DNA of 63,993 nt, filler included, from Vannella sp. (lineage: Eukaryota), in assembly GCA_023345925.1 (NCBI GenBank). It is 7 parts of 7 records of this genome, joined end to end, with 100 filler letters (N's around TTAATTAATTAA, not from the genome) between each part and the next. Parts side by side here need not be neighbours in the genome. Positions count along the whole stretch, not along the records: positions 41,851 to 51,048 come from JAJQQN010000932.1; positions 51,149 to 59,932 come from JAJQQN010000065.1; positions 60,033 to 63,993 come from JAJQQN010000740.1; 4 more parts are not named here. One strand, 5' to 3'. Numbering within the stretch: the stretch's first letter is position 1; the number at the start of each line of letters is the position of its first letter. The notes under the pieces are model-generated. The model saw only the letters and a list, made by a program, of their open reading frames with translations. It was not told the origin of the DNA and searched no databases. Positions 48,116 through 61,478 of this stretch are shown one piece after another. The translations under genes were made by a program, and so were the position numbers.

Positions 48116-50342
48116 TTACTTGTGGCGAAGAGCCGTCCCAAGTGCCCAAATGGGAAAAATGTTCTTGTACCCGCTGTAACTGATGGCACAGTTGGCATTG
48201 AACACTCCTGAGACTCCTTCTTGAACCCAGTCTCCGTTGGGGAGTTGCATTAGACGGAGGTAGTCCAAGCCGCGGTCGATGGCTTGCTTGTTGGGGTGTT
48301 TCGCCATTTGCAGAGCCAAAAGGGCCCACGCTGTGTTGACAACTTGACTTCCGTCGACATGTGGTACCCATTCCATTTCTACACAGGACTGGAAGCTTTC
48401 TCCCCATCCACCGTCTTCATTCTGCTTGTCCAGAAGGAATTGACAAGCGTTCCGCATTTCTGCGGACTGGGAGAGGGTTTCACCAACTGCTACCATCGCT
48501 TCCACTCCAAACCAAACTGCATAAGTGAAGCAGACGCCCCAGCTTCCCTTCCAACTTCCATCGGGTCGCTGGATGCTCTTAATGTAAGTCATCCCAGTGG
48601 CGATGGCCTTCTCTATCTCGGAAGTGCGATGCTCTGGATAGTTCTGCTTGAACGCAGTTAGAGCTTGCACGCATGCTGATGTACATTCCACGTAGGGATA
48701 GTCCACCATGATACCGTGGAAGGTTTCTGAAGGGTTGATAGATTCGAGCCAGCCGCCCGTTCGCATGTTCTCATAGGTTGCCCATCCACCCGAGCTTGGA
48801 TTCTGTAGTGTGAGGATGACGTTGGCAGCATTAAACAGCCTTTCATCCGCAATGCGGCGTTTCGGGCTGAACTGGTCTTTGGGAAGATTGTGCAAGCTCA
48901 GAATGGTTTTGAGGCCCTCTGCAGTACAGTCACTAATAGGCCATCCATGGTCTCTGGTACTAAATGGCCAGGCACCAACGGAGACGTGGCGATAATAGCG
49001 ATCTGGATTCGGCACTTCCTCTTTGACTTGAGTGACATCCAAAAAGTCGTATAGCTGCTCCATCATGGGCTGATACTTTGATACAACACCACTATGGATC
49101 ACTGCTTGCGCGCTAAATGCTGTATCCCACATCTGCGAGCCGTTGTAGCCTTGCATCTTCATTCCATCCACTCCCATCCACAAATAATCGTCCAAGCGAT
49201 CCTCGTGGCGCTTGAAAGCTTCACTGTCACTCCCTGAATCGTAGAACACACACAGCATGTTCAGAGTCTTGTTCACGGGCCCAATGCAGATGTAGTTAGT
49301 GTTATGGTCTTCCGCCTTAATCTGCTCCATCACCTCCACACACGCCTTGTTACGGAGCCAAGTGCTATGATAGGACTCATACATACGCAGCACCACTTTC
49401 AAGAATGGTTAGAGGGCCAGCAAACGGACAGGGGAGTGCCTACTGTGCTCGAACTTGACCAAAGGAGTGTGAGGAGTGTAGATGTCAATCGGGCAGACAT
49501 GGTTACCCATACTAGCCCAGTCCAGTTGGTCGTATGAAGCTCCTTCGACCTGATAGAGCTCCTCACGGAGCTGCTGGGTCAAGGTATTCAAAGGCATCGA
49601 CGCCTTTTTGCCATAAATGTAGCCCATCGGCAGGTACACCATGCGACAGTGGCACCACCACCTTCCTGGATGAACAGGGGCCCAGTACGGAAGCAGCCAG
49701 AACTCAGGCGGGATCGGATTAACGCCAGACCACTCGTACACGCCGAGCGCTGCCAACCAGAATTTGCCCCACGAGGGCGTGCCCTGCGCTCCTCCTAGAG
49801 GATGGAGGGTCAGATGCTTGCCTGAGAGAGTCAAGGAGAGGCTCACCGTTGGCTGTAATCCATTGTCGAGCTGCGATGATGGCAGGGTCATCGCTTGCTA
49901 CTCCCAAGAGGCGTAGGGTGACGTAGGTAAGAGCAGAACCGAACATGGTTGAAGGAGACTCTATGTGGAGTCCCCAACCTCCATCCTTACGCTGCATGTG
50001 GCGCAAGTAGCGGATCATTTGCAGTTTCTTCTCCGCAGCGAGCTCAGAGCCAGTGATGAAGCAGGTTATCACTAAACCAGGTAAAAGGAACATAGGTCCA
50101 CCATAGTCATTGCCCCAGTGCCCATCAGAGAGCTGCAGCTTCGAGTAGAAGCGAATAGCTTGGTGCAACTTCTCCTCCGGGGTACTGTTGGGCAAGGCAG
50201 CCTCTTCTGCCGAGTCAGAAGGCTTATCCACGCCAAGAAAGTACTTCTCCGCAAAGCTCTGCTCCCGCTCAGGCGCCTCTTCGTACGACCAGACCTGGCG
50301 CCCTTCCGTCGCTGTCAGACGCCACTTGCTCAAGTCCGCCAT
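48116..50342 (-). CDS. CAS1: Oxidosqualene cyclase, cycloartenol synthase type; 2 introns
   Basis: [52 protein letters not shown] repeats. Confidence 0.93.
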
Positions 50343-50745
50343 CAGAATGGTCTGAATGTCCGCTCTCCGAAGTCTTACTAAACGTTGAATCATACGAAAA
50401 CCACTCTCTGTCGATTGGGACTTGCTCTAGACCAGCTCCTTCCTCCTTCCCTTTCCCCCTTCCCCTTCTCCGTCCCCTTTGAAGGAGAGCTCCATCAACG
50501 ATAAAACAGTGATGATCAACCCTTTAAAAGGCTGATCCAACGAGGAGGCGGTGCTGGCAGCGCGACATGAAGAGATGATCGTTCTTAGTCTTCGCGTTCC
50601 CTCGCTGGATCTGCCCGAACGCGGAGAGACAGTGCCTTACAAAGAGGTTCCCAGAGTGGGAGCAACCTTCTTGCTTTTGCTCTTCCTTTTGCTCTTCCCT
50701 CCGGTAACTGCTCGAAGTGGGACTTGCTGATTGAGATGCTTTTCG

Positions 50746-51048
50746 CTAAACATTGATTGTATTCAAGCTCTGTGCGCTGCTGCTATCACATGAAGGTGTA
50801 ACTGGTCCAAGGGAGCTTTCACTGGAGGAGGTAAAGCTTGGCGTACCCACTGAAGCAGGTCTATGAGCACTAGTGAGAGAGTTCACTCTTGCTTGAAGAA
50901 GGAGAGCTTGCTGTGTGCTCTCACTGCTGCTCAGAGATGGTATTGCTGGTACAAGCTCTTGCACAGGAGGATGGGAGCAAGAAACGTATCCGCTGCTGCT
51001 CGAAGAAGGCGTTGCAGAGTCTGAGGCAGTACCTGAACCAGTCCAACA
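50746..51048 (-). CDS. 3' end of an unidentified Ser-rich protein
   Basis: Frame is open from the contig edge to the stop at 50746. Confidence 0.35.
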   Translation of the reverse strand, partial: CWTGSGTASDSATPSSSSSGYVSCSHPPVQELVPAIPSLSSSESTQQALLLQARVNSLTSAHRPASVGTPSFTSSSESSLGPVTPSCDSSSAQSLNTINV

Positions 51049-51512
51049 NNNNNNNNNNNNNNNNNNNNNNNNNNNNNNNNNNNNNNNNNNNNTTAATTAA
51101 TTAANNNNNNNNNNNNNNNNNNNNNNNNNNNNNNNNNNNNNNNNNNNNGTCTAGACAGTATCAGCTAAGAAGCATCTGAAGTAGCCGTTGTCCTCCCAGA
51201 GGGTGTGAGACCTCAACCCATCTCCCTGATAGAAATGGAACTCGGGATACAGAATCCATCCTTCTCTTACACGGACCTGATGACCTCCATCTCTCCAGGA
51301 TAAGCTTTTGGACTGATTTCATTTTTTCACTTTTTGGATGCTTGAGGACCCAACCCAAACAAGGGGAAATGCCCTCGCCGCTAATGACTTCCCTCTGTTG
51401 ACGTGGTTTATGTAGCAATGAACTCTCCTCTTCCGATTGGTCACTTCGTGGGATTCGCGGGTTCGAGGCTTTTATGGCAATCAAGCTGCAATTATTGCCA
51501 TTATTACGGAGG

Positions 51513-51878
51513 ATGGAGCAAGCTACAGCTGGAGGTGACGCGCCTGAGCAAGGCGAAACTGGTGTCATCAAGTTGTGGATTCGAGCTTTCAATGTGACTA
51601 AGAAGGAGGTGGAAGGAGCAGCGATGCTCGTCTATCGACCTATTCGAAGAGCTCTCGGAGTTTACGGATCTTTTGTGAGCCAGCATGCTACTACAGTTGG
51701 TGTTGCCTCTATCTTGGTCATCGCTCGCAACAACGATTGGACCCCTGACAATGCTATGCAACTCTCCATACTGGCGGCTCTCGGATACAACTTGCGAGTC
51801 TTCGGGCCCGTCCTCATCCCCCTCGCCCTTCTCTCGTGTCTCGCCCCTCGGGGACGCTTTGGACCATTCTCACGTTAA
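51513..51878 (+). CDS. Small hypothetical membrane protein
   Basis: ATG-initiated ~120-aa ORF with hydrophobic C-terminal segments, lying in a gap between genes. Confidence 0.45.
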   Translation: MEQATAGGDAPEQGETGVIKLWIRAFNVTKKEVEGAAMLVYRPIRRALGVYGSFVSQHATTVGVASILVIARNNDWTPDNAMQLSILAALGYNLRVFGPVLIPLALLSCLAPRGRFGPFSR

Positions 51879-51928
51879 CTGAACCCTTTACACTCCATGA
51901 CTGCGCCACTCTTGACTGACAATCCATT

Positions 51929-51949
51929 CCCTAAACCCTAAACCCTAAA
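51929..51949. repeat. Interstitial (CCCTAAA)3 telo-box ~80 bp upstream of the ELP1 ATG
   Basis: ccctaaaccctaaaccctaaa read directly. Confidence 0.85.
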
Positions 51950-52030
51950 TACTCTTCACCCTTTGTTTCTGGATGCTTGGGGCTATAAATCCTCTGAGAT
52001 CGTTATGATGCTCTTCGTATTATCATTCTT

Positions 52031-55000
52031 ATGCGGAACGTCCACCTGCTGCAGGTCCGAGCGGCCCGCCTGGAAGAGGAGGCCTTGCGGGCCCCTTTCT
52101 CGGTGGAGGGAAGCTCGCGAGTGTTCGTTGTAGGAGAGGACAATACCTTTTATGTGTGGAGCCTGGAGAGCAATCAGGTGGGCGCGTCTCCCTCTGTCTT
52201 GGCGTTGGAAGTGAAGAGCGTTGACTGATCTGTCCTGTAGGAAGAGTACGCGATGCCTCTGGAGGGGGATGAGCTTCTCAGTGCTGGATCGATCATCAAT
52301 CAATGTCAATTTGTCCCAGAACTAGAGGCAGTGTGCCTTACAACTACTTCTGGAGACATCCTTGTCTATGACATCGCCTCTCGCCAAGCAGAGGTTGTTG
52401 GAAGCCTCGATTCAGGCATCATTGCGATGAGTTGGAGTCCTGACTACGAGCTAGTCCTCTTTGCTACCACAGGCGGCTCTCTTGTTCAGATGACGAAGGA
52501 ATGGGACCTCGTTTCAGAGGTTCCAGTCTTCCCTGATGCCGAACAAGCTCCCACAGGATACTCTGTCACTCTCAGTTGGCGAGGGGATGGAAAGGTCTTC
52601 GCCTGCCTTGCAAACACCACTCCCACAACCGCCAGGCTGGCTATCTTCGACCGAGCTTGCGTCAGGGAGTCCCTCAGCGACGAGAAGATCGCCCTTGAAC
52701 CAGGTAACTTAGCATGGCGTCCCACTGGCTCCATCATCGCCTGTACCCAGAGACTCCCTCAGCGCTATGACACCGTCTTCTTCGAGAGGAACGGACTCCG
52801 CCATGGCGAGTTCACCTTCCGTGATGCTTGCCAGGTGAAGGAGATGGCTTGGAACGCTGCTTCAGACCTTCTGGCTGTGTTGATCGAGCAGATCGAAGGC
52901 ACAAAGCGATCAAACGCTGTTCAGCTTTGGCATATGAACAACTACCATTGGTACTTGAAGCAGGAGATCCAGTGTGGGGAGGATCAAGCTCTGGGGTTCC
53001 GCTGGGACGAGGAAGACCCGTATCGGTTCACTCTGCTTCGCCAAGGAGGACTGGTGCAACAGTATCTGTTCCATTGGGACTGCGATGTCTCTCAGGGACT
53101 AGTCCCTAAAAATCAGAGCATTGCTGCCGTTATTGATGGAAATCAGCTGCTTCTGACACCTCTACGACGACTTGTTCCTCCTCCTCCGATGGCAGCGGCG
53201 ACTCTGGTGACTTCTGGGTCTGTGAATCAAGTTTTCTTTGCATCTGGGAGCTTTAACATCTTTGCCGTCCACTCTGACTCGACAATAAGTTGCTATAGGA
53301 CCATGCAGCTTCCTGCCTTTGCCCCTCCTGTCAGACAAGCGGGTCGCAAAGGGCTCGTTGGTCAGGGAGAGCCGCCCTCATTTGAGCATTCTCCAGAGCT
53401 ACTGGCAACACTCAGAAGCCAAAGGGCAGACTTGGACGTGAGTGCGTTCCAGCAATGGACCTTTGTGGATGAACGTCAGCTACTGGCTCTATCAGGCCAA
53501 GTCAATGAGATGACCGGCACACCTGAGAATAGAATTCAAGTGCTGGAGTACTCTCTAGAGAAGGGAACCATCTCTCAAAGTCATTCAATTCTGCTGGATA
53601 ACGCACCGCTTCGGTTGTACAGGAACGCAGATTCAGGGTCGATTTATCTATCTATGAGTAACGGGAATGTTCTCAAACTCACACTCCCAGACACTCTCAC
53701 CTTAGAGCATACTCTCGTGGTCCCTTGTGCCACAGTATTCAGTACGCGTTTCGGCAAACTGGCTGAAGAGCAGGCGGATGCCTTCGACTCACTGGATGAT
53801 CTCGATATTGATGGTGAGGGAGACGTTGACAAGCCTGAGGAGATCGTTGTCGCCCTTAGCGAGCGTTACAGACTCTACGTGAATGGGATTGAAGTGTCTC
53901 GTGAATGCAACAGTGTCGCTGTGCATGAGAGATATCTGCTTTTCACTACGTTGACTCACAAGCTTCGATTTATCGACCACTCTTTCCCCTTTTCTCCAGA
54001 GCTGCTGGAGACTACGCCACAACACACTTATGATGTTTGCAATCGCGAGGTGGAGCGGGGTGCTAGCCTTGTCGCTGTTGTTCCGTTTGATACCAAAGTT
54101 GTGCTTCAGATGCCCCGAGGTAACTTGGAGACAATCTACCCAAGGGCGTTGTTGTTGTCTTATTGCCGTCAGTTGCTGAAGAACATGGAGTATCGAGCAG
54201 CCTTCTTGGAGATGCGTCGGCACAGAATTGATCTTAACTTGCTTCATGACTACAATCCTGACCAGTTTATGGAGCATGTGGACCAGTTTGTTAAGGACCT
54301 GAGTAGTCCCAGTTTCCTTAACCTCTTCTTGTCTTCTCTTGTGGATGAAGATGTCACTGTAACCCTCTTCCCACAACGAGAGCGCGTTTCTTCTCTCACT
54401 TTGCCTTCCTATCTTCTTGGGGAAGAACAAAAACAAGGAAAGATCAATCGGATCTGCTCTGCGGTTCGCCAGGCATTGGAAAGGGATGCCTCAAATCGCT
54501 ACCTTCTTTCTATCCTGACTACTTTGGTACGTTCTTCTCCCCCTCGTTTCGGAGAAGCATTGGAGATGGTACGAAGCTTGCGCCGAGGGGAGAGTGCCAG
54601 TGCAGAGGGCATCACAGCAGAAAGTGCATTGGACTATTTAGTCTTCCTTGTTGACGTGAATCAGCTTTACAATGTGGCACTGTCTCTCTATGACTTTGAG
54701 CTGACCATTATGGTGGCTAGCAAGTCACAGAAGGATCCCAAGGAGTATCTGCCTTTCCTTAAGTCACTCCATGACCTCAGTCCGGTAGAGTTACAGCGAT
54801 ACCAGATAGACATGCACCTACAGCGATGGAAGAGCGCTCTTCAACACATCAGCAAGCTTTCAGAGGAAGAGAGTTATGCCAAAGCGCTGTCACTTATTCG
54901 CCAGGAGGGGCTCTATGCAGAAGGCATTCGCTTATACTCTTCTTCTCCAGCCAGAAGCCAAGAGATTCGGACCCTTTACGCAAAGCATCTGTTTGATAAT

Positions 55001-55945
55001 GGAGCTTATGAAGAGTCTGCACTGTTGTACCAACAGAGTGGCGAGTTAGAGGGAGCTCTGGAAGCCTATTTGCAGACTGGGCAATGGGCGATGGTGTTTG
55101 CAATTGCAGCTCAACTCAAGTATGATGAAGCCCGGACGAAGCAACTTGCTGTAGATCTTGCTGCCAGCTATCGCAACATGGGCCGCTTTGAAGAGGCAGC
55201 TCAAATGCTCTTAGAGTATGCAGATGACTCTGAAGAAGCTATTCGTTGCCTAGTTCAAGGCGGTGTGTGGGCCAATGCCATCCGCTTGTGCCATCGCTTC
55301 AAGAAAGCAGACTTGATAGACGATTTAGTGATGCCTGCGGTCACTGAATCGGCTGGAATCCTGATTGAAGTGTTTGAAGGGAAGAGTGACATATTCTCCC
55401 GTCAGCTAGTCCGTTTGAAAGTGGTCAAACGCACCAAATTACTAATGCCGACCGTCATCGCGCTACCCGTTGACCCCAATCTTGGTGACGTTTTCTCTGA
55501 GACCAGTTCATTTGCTTCTTCACGCAGCTCCTTCTCTTATGTCAGTATGAGTGAGGGCGGGACAAAGCAGAGAAAACGGAAAAAGAAGAAAAGGCTTTCT
55601 GGCAAGGAAGGGAGCCAATACGAGGAAGAGTTCCTCATTGAAGCGCTGAAGAAGCTGATCCCTTCTAATGACGACCAAGACGAAGTAGCTACCCTTTTGC
55701 GAGTACTTTGCCTTTTGGGGGCCCAAGAAGATGCCGAGCAACTCCAATCTGTCTTTGCAACGTTCGTAGAGCAAGTCGAAGCTGGATTGGATGTCCTCAT
55801 TGCCCCAATTACCTCCCTACCCGGCCATGAAGAGGAGGAGGAAGAAGATCGCCAAATGCGAGAGAAGATTGCAACCAAAGAGCTCCTCGATCGTCTCTTC
55901 GTTTCTCGTCCTTGGAAGTTGACATGTCTACTTCCTCCTCTTTAA
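52031..55945 (+). CDS. ELP1: Elongator complex protein 1 (IKI3/IKAP); one 5' intron
   Basis: MRN start, WSPD, SWRGDG, FFERNGLRHGEF, NYHWYLKQ, VPPPM, REVERG, LQMPRGNLETIYPR, SQKDPKEYLPFL. Confidence 0.97.
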
Positions 55946-56045
55946 GGCGTTCCTCCTAAACTCTGCTCTTATCGCTTTCTATGATACAAAAGAGCCCATT
56001 TGCAGAGATAGCATCCGCTAAGAAGGAAGGGAAGAGTGAAGAAAG

Positions 56046-58013
56046 TTAATTCTTCATGGCAAAGAGGCTGACCCCAGAACGGGCCTTTTCCACTGCGACA
56101 CGGAGTTGTTGAGATTGCTCTTCGGTCCAGTTGGGCTCATTTTGTTTCTCTTTCCAGAGTCTGAAGAAAACGGGTGAGAGGCTACAAGATGGTAAGTGAA
56201 TGCAACTGACCGGCTGCATTGGTTCATGTCGGCTTGTCCGGAAGTGACAATAAGGAATGAGTTTTTGGGAAGGCGTTGGTAAATGGATGCGATAGATTGG
56301 TCAATGGATGCCAGGACTTCTGGAAAAGCAGGGAGGGGACAATCTGATTCCTCCTGGCCGCCTTGAAGTGAATGTGAGTTCCTAACCTGTGACAACTCTG
56401 GGACTAGTACTTACTCTGGACCCGGTAGAACGATGTCAACTCATGCAGTTGCCCATAAATGAAACGAGGTGCTTGTTCCTCCTCGGTCAGGTTCAGGACA
56501 GTTCCTAATTGCCCTACAAGGTCCGCATCATTGTTGCAAGCAACTCCTCCATTAGGACAGTGAGCTGTAATCAAACCTCCACGATCCAGCATCACTGAGG
56601 GAACACCGGAGCTCTTGAGTTTCTCGAAAATACTGTTTTCGTTGTTCTGGTAGATGCCAAAGGCGGGTCCCTTCAAGATCTTCAACTTGGCCAACTCTAA
56701 AGCAGCCAGGGCATCTTCAGCACTGTCATGATTCCCTGACTGAATAGCACGGTGCAAGTGCTGCTGTACAAGCCCCCGAAGAGAGTTCTTTGTGGGAGGG
56801 CCAGCATGATGAGGGAAAAGAATGGAAGTGTCCAGTACCCGGAAGTGACAAATCTTCAATGCCTTAAAGTCATTATCCAAGGAGTGCCCGACAAGGATAG
56901 TGTCCCGATAAATCAAGTGAGACAGGTGCTCTTGAACGTCTTCCAATCGAGTTGTGACAGGATCCAGCATCTCCTGGGTGATACCTGAGTATCTGGTCAC
57001 ATAGTCCAAGATAGGGCGGTCTGGCTTCACTAGTTGGTCATAAATGATGGCGCCGTTGATGTCAACAAGAGTGACTCGTGTCAATTCGCTGCCAGCCTCT
57101 GTCAGACACATCTCACAGTCCATTCCAATCATCTCTTGAGCTGGATTCGGCTCTTCTGGTGTCTCTCGATAGGTTCTATGGAAGGGCAGAGGTTCGTAGT
57201 CAACGTGAGTGGTCGTTTCGCCCCCTGGAGGGCACATTTCATGCATGCTCTGCGTCGTTTCAGTAGGATTCTGCCGTTAGAATGGCCTGAGAGGTGGCTT
57301 ACTCTGATACGCAATGGAAATCCATTACTCATGAGCTGGTGGAGGGAGTGAAGGTAGGTGCTGGCTGGAACAGGAGCCTTCTCTTGAATGTCGGTGGCTG
57401 TGATGACCTTTGCAGGCTTCTTCTTCTTCTTATCACTAAAGTACAAGAGAGATTGAAGAGGAGAGTACACCTTGAACTCTGATCCAGGTCCTACAGTGAT
57501 CTTGGCCGCTCTGGAAGCCAAAACAAGTCAGATCGACTGCGGGATGAGCATTTCTCTTACTTGTGGAATAGAGAAGCCATCTGGGACAAATGAGACGCAT
57601 TCTCCTTCCAAACATCATACGTAAGACCTCCAACAGCGATCACCACGCACTTGCTGATGAGGTTCTTGTGCTTTTCATGTTCGAGTGAGGCGAGAGGGCG
57701 ATCAGGACGAAGAGAAGCGTACCTTGAGCATGATCCAAGGAAGGTTAGCTCCTTTATCATACACCCAGAACAGTAAGGACTGCAGATCCTGCACAGAGAT
57801 GCCATCCGGATGCAAATGGCGCGGTTGCTTCTTTGTCTTCTTCTTTGAAGACGTTCTCAGCTCGAACGAAGGCTCCGGTAGATCCAAGTTCAACATCATT
57901 CCATCCTCTTCTTCCTCCTCCTCTCCCTTGGCCCGCTTCGGTGGAGGAATCAACTTTGCAGTTCGAGCGCGCTTGTCCCCCACCCGGACCGTCGTCCAGC
58001 CCTCGTCTCCCAT
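56046..58013 (-). CDS. DEDDh RNA exonuclease, REX1/REXO1-REXO5 family; multi-exon
   Basis: [42 protein letters not shown]. Confidence 0.9.
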
Positions 58014-58086
58014 CAAATGACGCTTTCCTCGCTTTCCTCTCTCCACTCCCTCAGAGAGAGAGAGGACACAGCACCTCTACGCAAGC

Positions 58087-59141
58087 CTACCCAGCTTCTT
58101 CTCTCTCCTTGCCCCTCTTGAGAGCATGTTTGGGCGTTCTGCGATGTCTGGAGGGGGTGAGGAGGTGGAGCAAGGCTTCTAGCAGCCTCTGGATCATAGG
58201 AGAGGAGTCAGTTGTTCGGGATGTCGGCGGAGGAACATGGAGAGGAAGTGGTTCGAGGGGGCAAGTCTTTGGGACCTCCTGGGACGGCGCATGTGTTGAT
58301 TGTACTATCTCTGGTGACGTATGCAAGTATCTACTGGTTCCTGTTCTCTTGTATCCCTGTTCGCGATGAGTAAAGGCGAAAACAAGTTGAAAAGTAGCTT
58401 TATAGAGTACACTGAGGTCGCTACCTCCTGAGGGACCTCTCACATGTCTACAAGCATCAGATACAATCGAATACAAGAGCTTTTCATGTCCAGCGAGGTC
58501 AGGTTCTCATCCAAACAGCCAACTTCTCTCCACATAGCACGTTCGCCAGTCGATGATGCCTACGTAGTCCACGCAGAGGGGCTGTAGTGCTGGCAAGGTC
58601 ACTGGAGCAGACGCGAAAGGTCCTGTGTTGGGATCTGCACTTGCAGGCTTGCTTTCGCTGCCCGGAGGGCCTCGTTCGCACCAAAGGAGGTACAGATTGT
58701 CTGGAGTGTGAGGAGAGACGATGTCGTAGAGCCATAAGATGCTTGTAGTAGGCTTCTCAGGGCGGTTCCTGCGGTTCTTCCTCGCGTGCATCTTCCAAAG
58801 AGTGACGAAAGTGTCTGGGGTGAGCTGTACCTTGACTTTGCCTGCGCTTTGACTCCATCCCCACATCATTCCGTGCGGTAGACGTTCAAAGCGGTGATAA
58901 GAGAAGCGGAGGAAGTCGCTCTTCAAGTCCTCCACTGTGAGAGGATCCTCCGACATGAGCGACTCCCAGCGCTCCAAGTTCGACGAGAGCACACTCAAGG
59001 CACACTGCTGTTGCGGCGGTAAACTGCTGACGCCTAACACTCTCTCACCACTCGCCATCCAACTAGTGAAGCCGGAACACTTTGATTGGATGGCCGGACG
59101 AACAGTGCCTATGTTTAGGATTTGCAATCTTACTTCCCACA
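58087..59141 (-). CDS. Hypothetical protein; boundaries approximate
   Basis: Two adjacent globular-looking ORFs (58507-59172 and 58087-58476) occupy the whole gap between CSE1 and the exonuclease. Confidence 0.5.
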
Positions 59142-59305
59142 TAGACTTTCTTTCAGCATAAGAAAGTCTCAAGGAGAGACAAGGCCAACAAACGAAGAAT
59201 TAACGCCCAAGGCGATTGGATCCCTTCCCCTTTTGGAATTATTCTTTGAAGTGACCGTAAACTGTTGGAGGGGACGGAAAAGTTGGTTTATCAACGGAAG
59301 AGGGA

Positions 59306-59932
59306 TTAGACGAGTTCAGCGCAGAGTTGGGAGCCGAGCTTGTCTTTGGCAACTTCTTGAAGGGCGGGTTGGATGCTGGGGCCCATGCTCGCTTTGAGTT
59401 GGCGAAGTTGAGAAACAGCAAACTCATGCTTGTTGATCAACAGCACTTCGTTCAAGAAGCGATCAGCAGTGACTTCCGTTGCCGAGTGGACCAATTTGGC
59501 AAAGGAGGTGGCCAACCCAGACTGCCGATTGGCAGCTTGCTCAGCAAAGAGGTCATCTTCTGGGACCAGTTCGGCTGTCTTTCTTAGGAACAGTATTTGA
59601 GCAACTCCTACAGTCAAAGGAGCCCAGTGCTTGGCCAAGTCACCTTGAACCATCAACGGATTGTTAAGTATCTGGGAGGTGACAATTGTGGCCACTTGAA
59701 GCTCCTCTGCAAGTTGCAATTGTGGTAACACAGTCACCCACACCTTCATGACGTTCGTAATGATTCCAGGAGAGATGGCTGTGAGGATGTCTAAGAGCTG
59801 TTGAAGAGAGTACTTGTGAATGAATCGGCACAGGAACAAGACAAATTGACTGCAAAGCTTGTTCGTCTTCTTCTTGGTGAGTCGGGTGAAGATGAGACTG
59901 AAAATCGTTCCGACTAAGGGAGAGAGAGTGTC
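59306..59932 (-). CDS. CSE1: Exportin-2 (CSE1/CAS) C-terminal part, 5'-truncated
   Basis: IFSLIFTRLTKKKTNKL, helical repeats, acidic loop then GLATSFAKL, as in the CAS/CSE1 C-terminus. Confidence 0.7.
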   Translation of the reverse strand, partial: DTLSPLVGTIFSLIFTRLTKKKTNKLCSQFVLFLCRFIHKYSLQQLLDILTAISPGIITNVMKVWVTVLPQLQLAEELQVATIVTSQILNNPLMVQGDLAKHWAPLTVGVAQILFLRKTAELVPEDDLFAEQAANRQSGLATSFAKLVHSATEVTADRFLNEVLLINKHEFAVSQLRQLKASMGPSIQPALQEVAKDKLGSQLCAELV

Positions 59933-60055
59933 NNNNNNNNNNNNNNNNNNNNNNNNNNNNNNNNNNNNNNNNNNNNTTAATTAATTAANNNNNNNNNNNN
60001 NNNNNNNNNNNNNNNNNNNNNNNNNNNNNNNNGTGGACCATTTCCTTCCGACACC

Positions 60056-61373
60056 ATGCAGTGTAACATCCCATCACGTCGCGTGAAGATGTTCGTCAGT
60101 GTATTGCAATGTCTCTCTCACCTCGGGGAGTACATGAATATCGTAGGGGAGACAGATTCGGTAAGGTCCCCGCTTTCGTTCCCTCCTTCCCACCAGCTCA
60201 TCTCTCTTAGGTGGAGTTGCAAACTTTCAGTAGTGCTCGATCGGCTTTCGTATCCATCAAGCTCAGCAGACAGTTCTTTACAGAGTACCTTGTGGAGGGA
60301 GACTTTGGCAACATCAGAGTTCCTCTGAAGCCCTGCATTGCTGTCTTCCGCAACCTGGCCACAATAGAGAGCTGCGATATGATCGTCGACTCGAATGAGA
60401 ACAAGCTCATCTTTGACATTGAGGGAAAGTTGGGAAGGCGCATCTACAAACTGTTTTTGGAGGATTACGATGCCATCCAACCCACCTTTCCGAGGGCTCA
60501 ACAGAATGTTCTGACTTTCAAACCAAACCTCCTACTCTCTTTGCTCGAGAACTTTGCGAAAAACGTGGAAGAGGTCACCTTGACCATAAGGAGTGACCTT
60601 GTTAGAATCAGCAGCTTCATCGATGAAACTCGGTGTGAGTCCGCCTGTCATCGCGGATCATCTGTGTTCTAACTTGTTGTAGCGAATGCAAACAAACTGC
60701 TAGTGACTAATGTGACTGTCCTGCACTCTGAGTTTCAGTCCTTTAACGTGGTCAAACCAGAGTCTCTGACAGTCTGCCTCAAGGAACTCAAGTCCATGCT
60801 TTCATTTTGCAAAGAAACCGGCTCGGCAGCCACTCTCTCGTTCGCGAAAGTAGGAGATCCTGTCCTCATGAACTTGAACTTTTCCGGCATTATCGTGGCG
60901 GAGTTTGTCCTTGCGACAGTCATGGACGAAGGATCTTCAGGACAAAGCGTATCTCGTAAGTTCTTGTTACATCTGAGGTTCTTTTCTGACTTTTCCAATC
61001 CATCACAGCGACTCCCACCAGGTCTAGAAGGTCCACTGATGTTCCTTCTTCCTTCAGCTCTGCCCCTTCCATGACACCCACGCAAGGTACTTCCTACCTT
61101 TCTGGAGGGACTTCCCCCTCGGCATCCCTCCAATTCAAAACGGAAGACCGAGACTTAGACCCGTACGCCATTCCCAGTTCCTTGACCAATTTCAAGTACT
61201 CCAACAACCCAACATCCACTCCTGAAGCAGCCCACTCTCCCTTCCTCACAGCCGGATACGTTTCCGGCAGCGACGAAGAAATGGACCAGCCCATCAGCTC
61301 CCGCCAATCTGGCCTCGGGGAGAACCGGCGCCCTCTCTTCACCAGCGACTACCAGCAAATGGATTCAGAATAA
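60056..61373 (+). CDS. RAD9: 9-1-1 checkpoint clamp subunit Rad9; 3 introns
   Basis: VKMFVSVLQCLSHLGE, SSARSAF...FFTEY, TVCLKELKSMLSF, GDPV, AEFVLAT; disordered tail ending in YVSGSDEE. Confidence 0.9.
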
Positions 61374-61478
61374 CCGCATTCCAAGGTACCTCGTGACAGG
61401 GTGGTCCATCAAAGGGGGCCGTTGTTTGGGCATTCTCTTGCGTTCGGGTGGGAAGGGAGTCCGTTGGTAAAGGGACTC

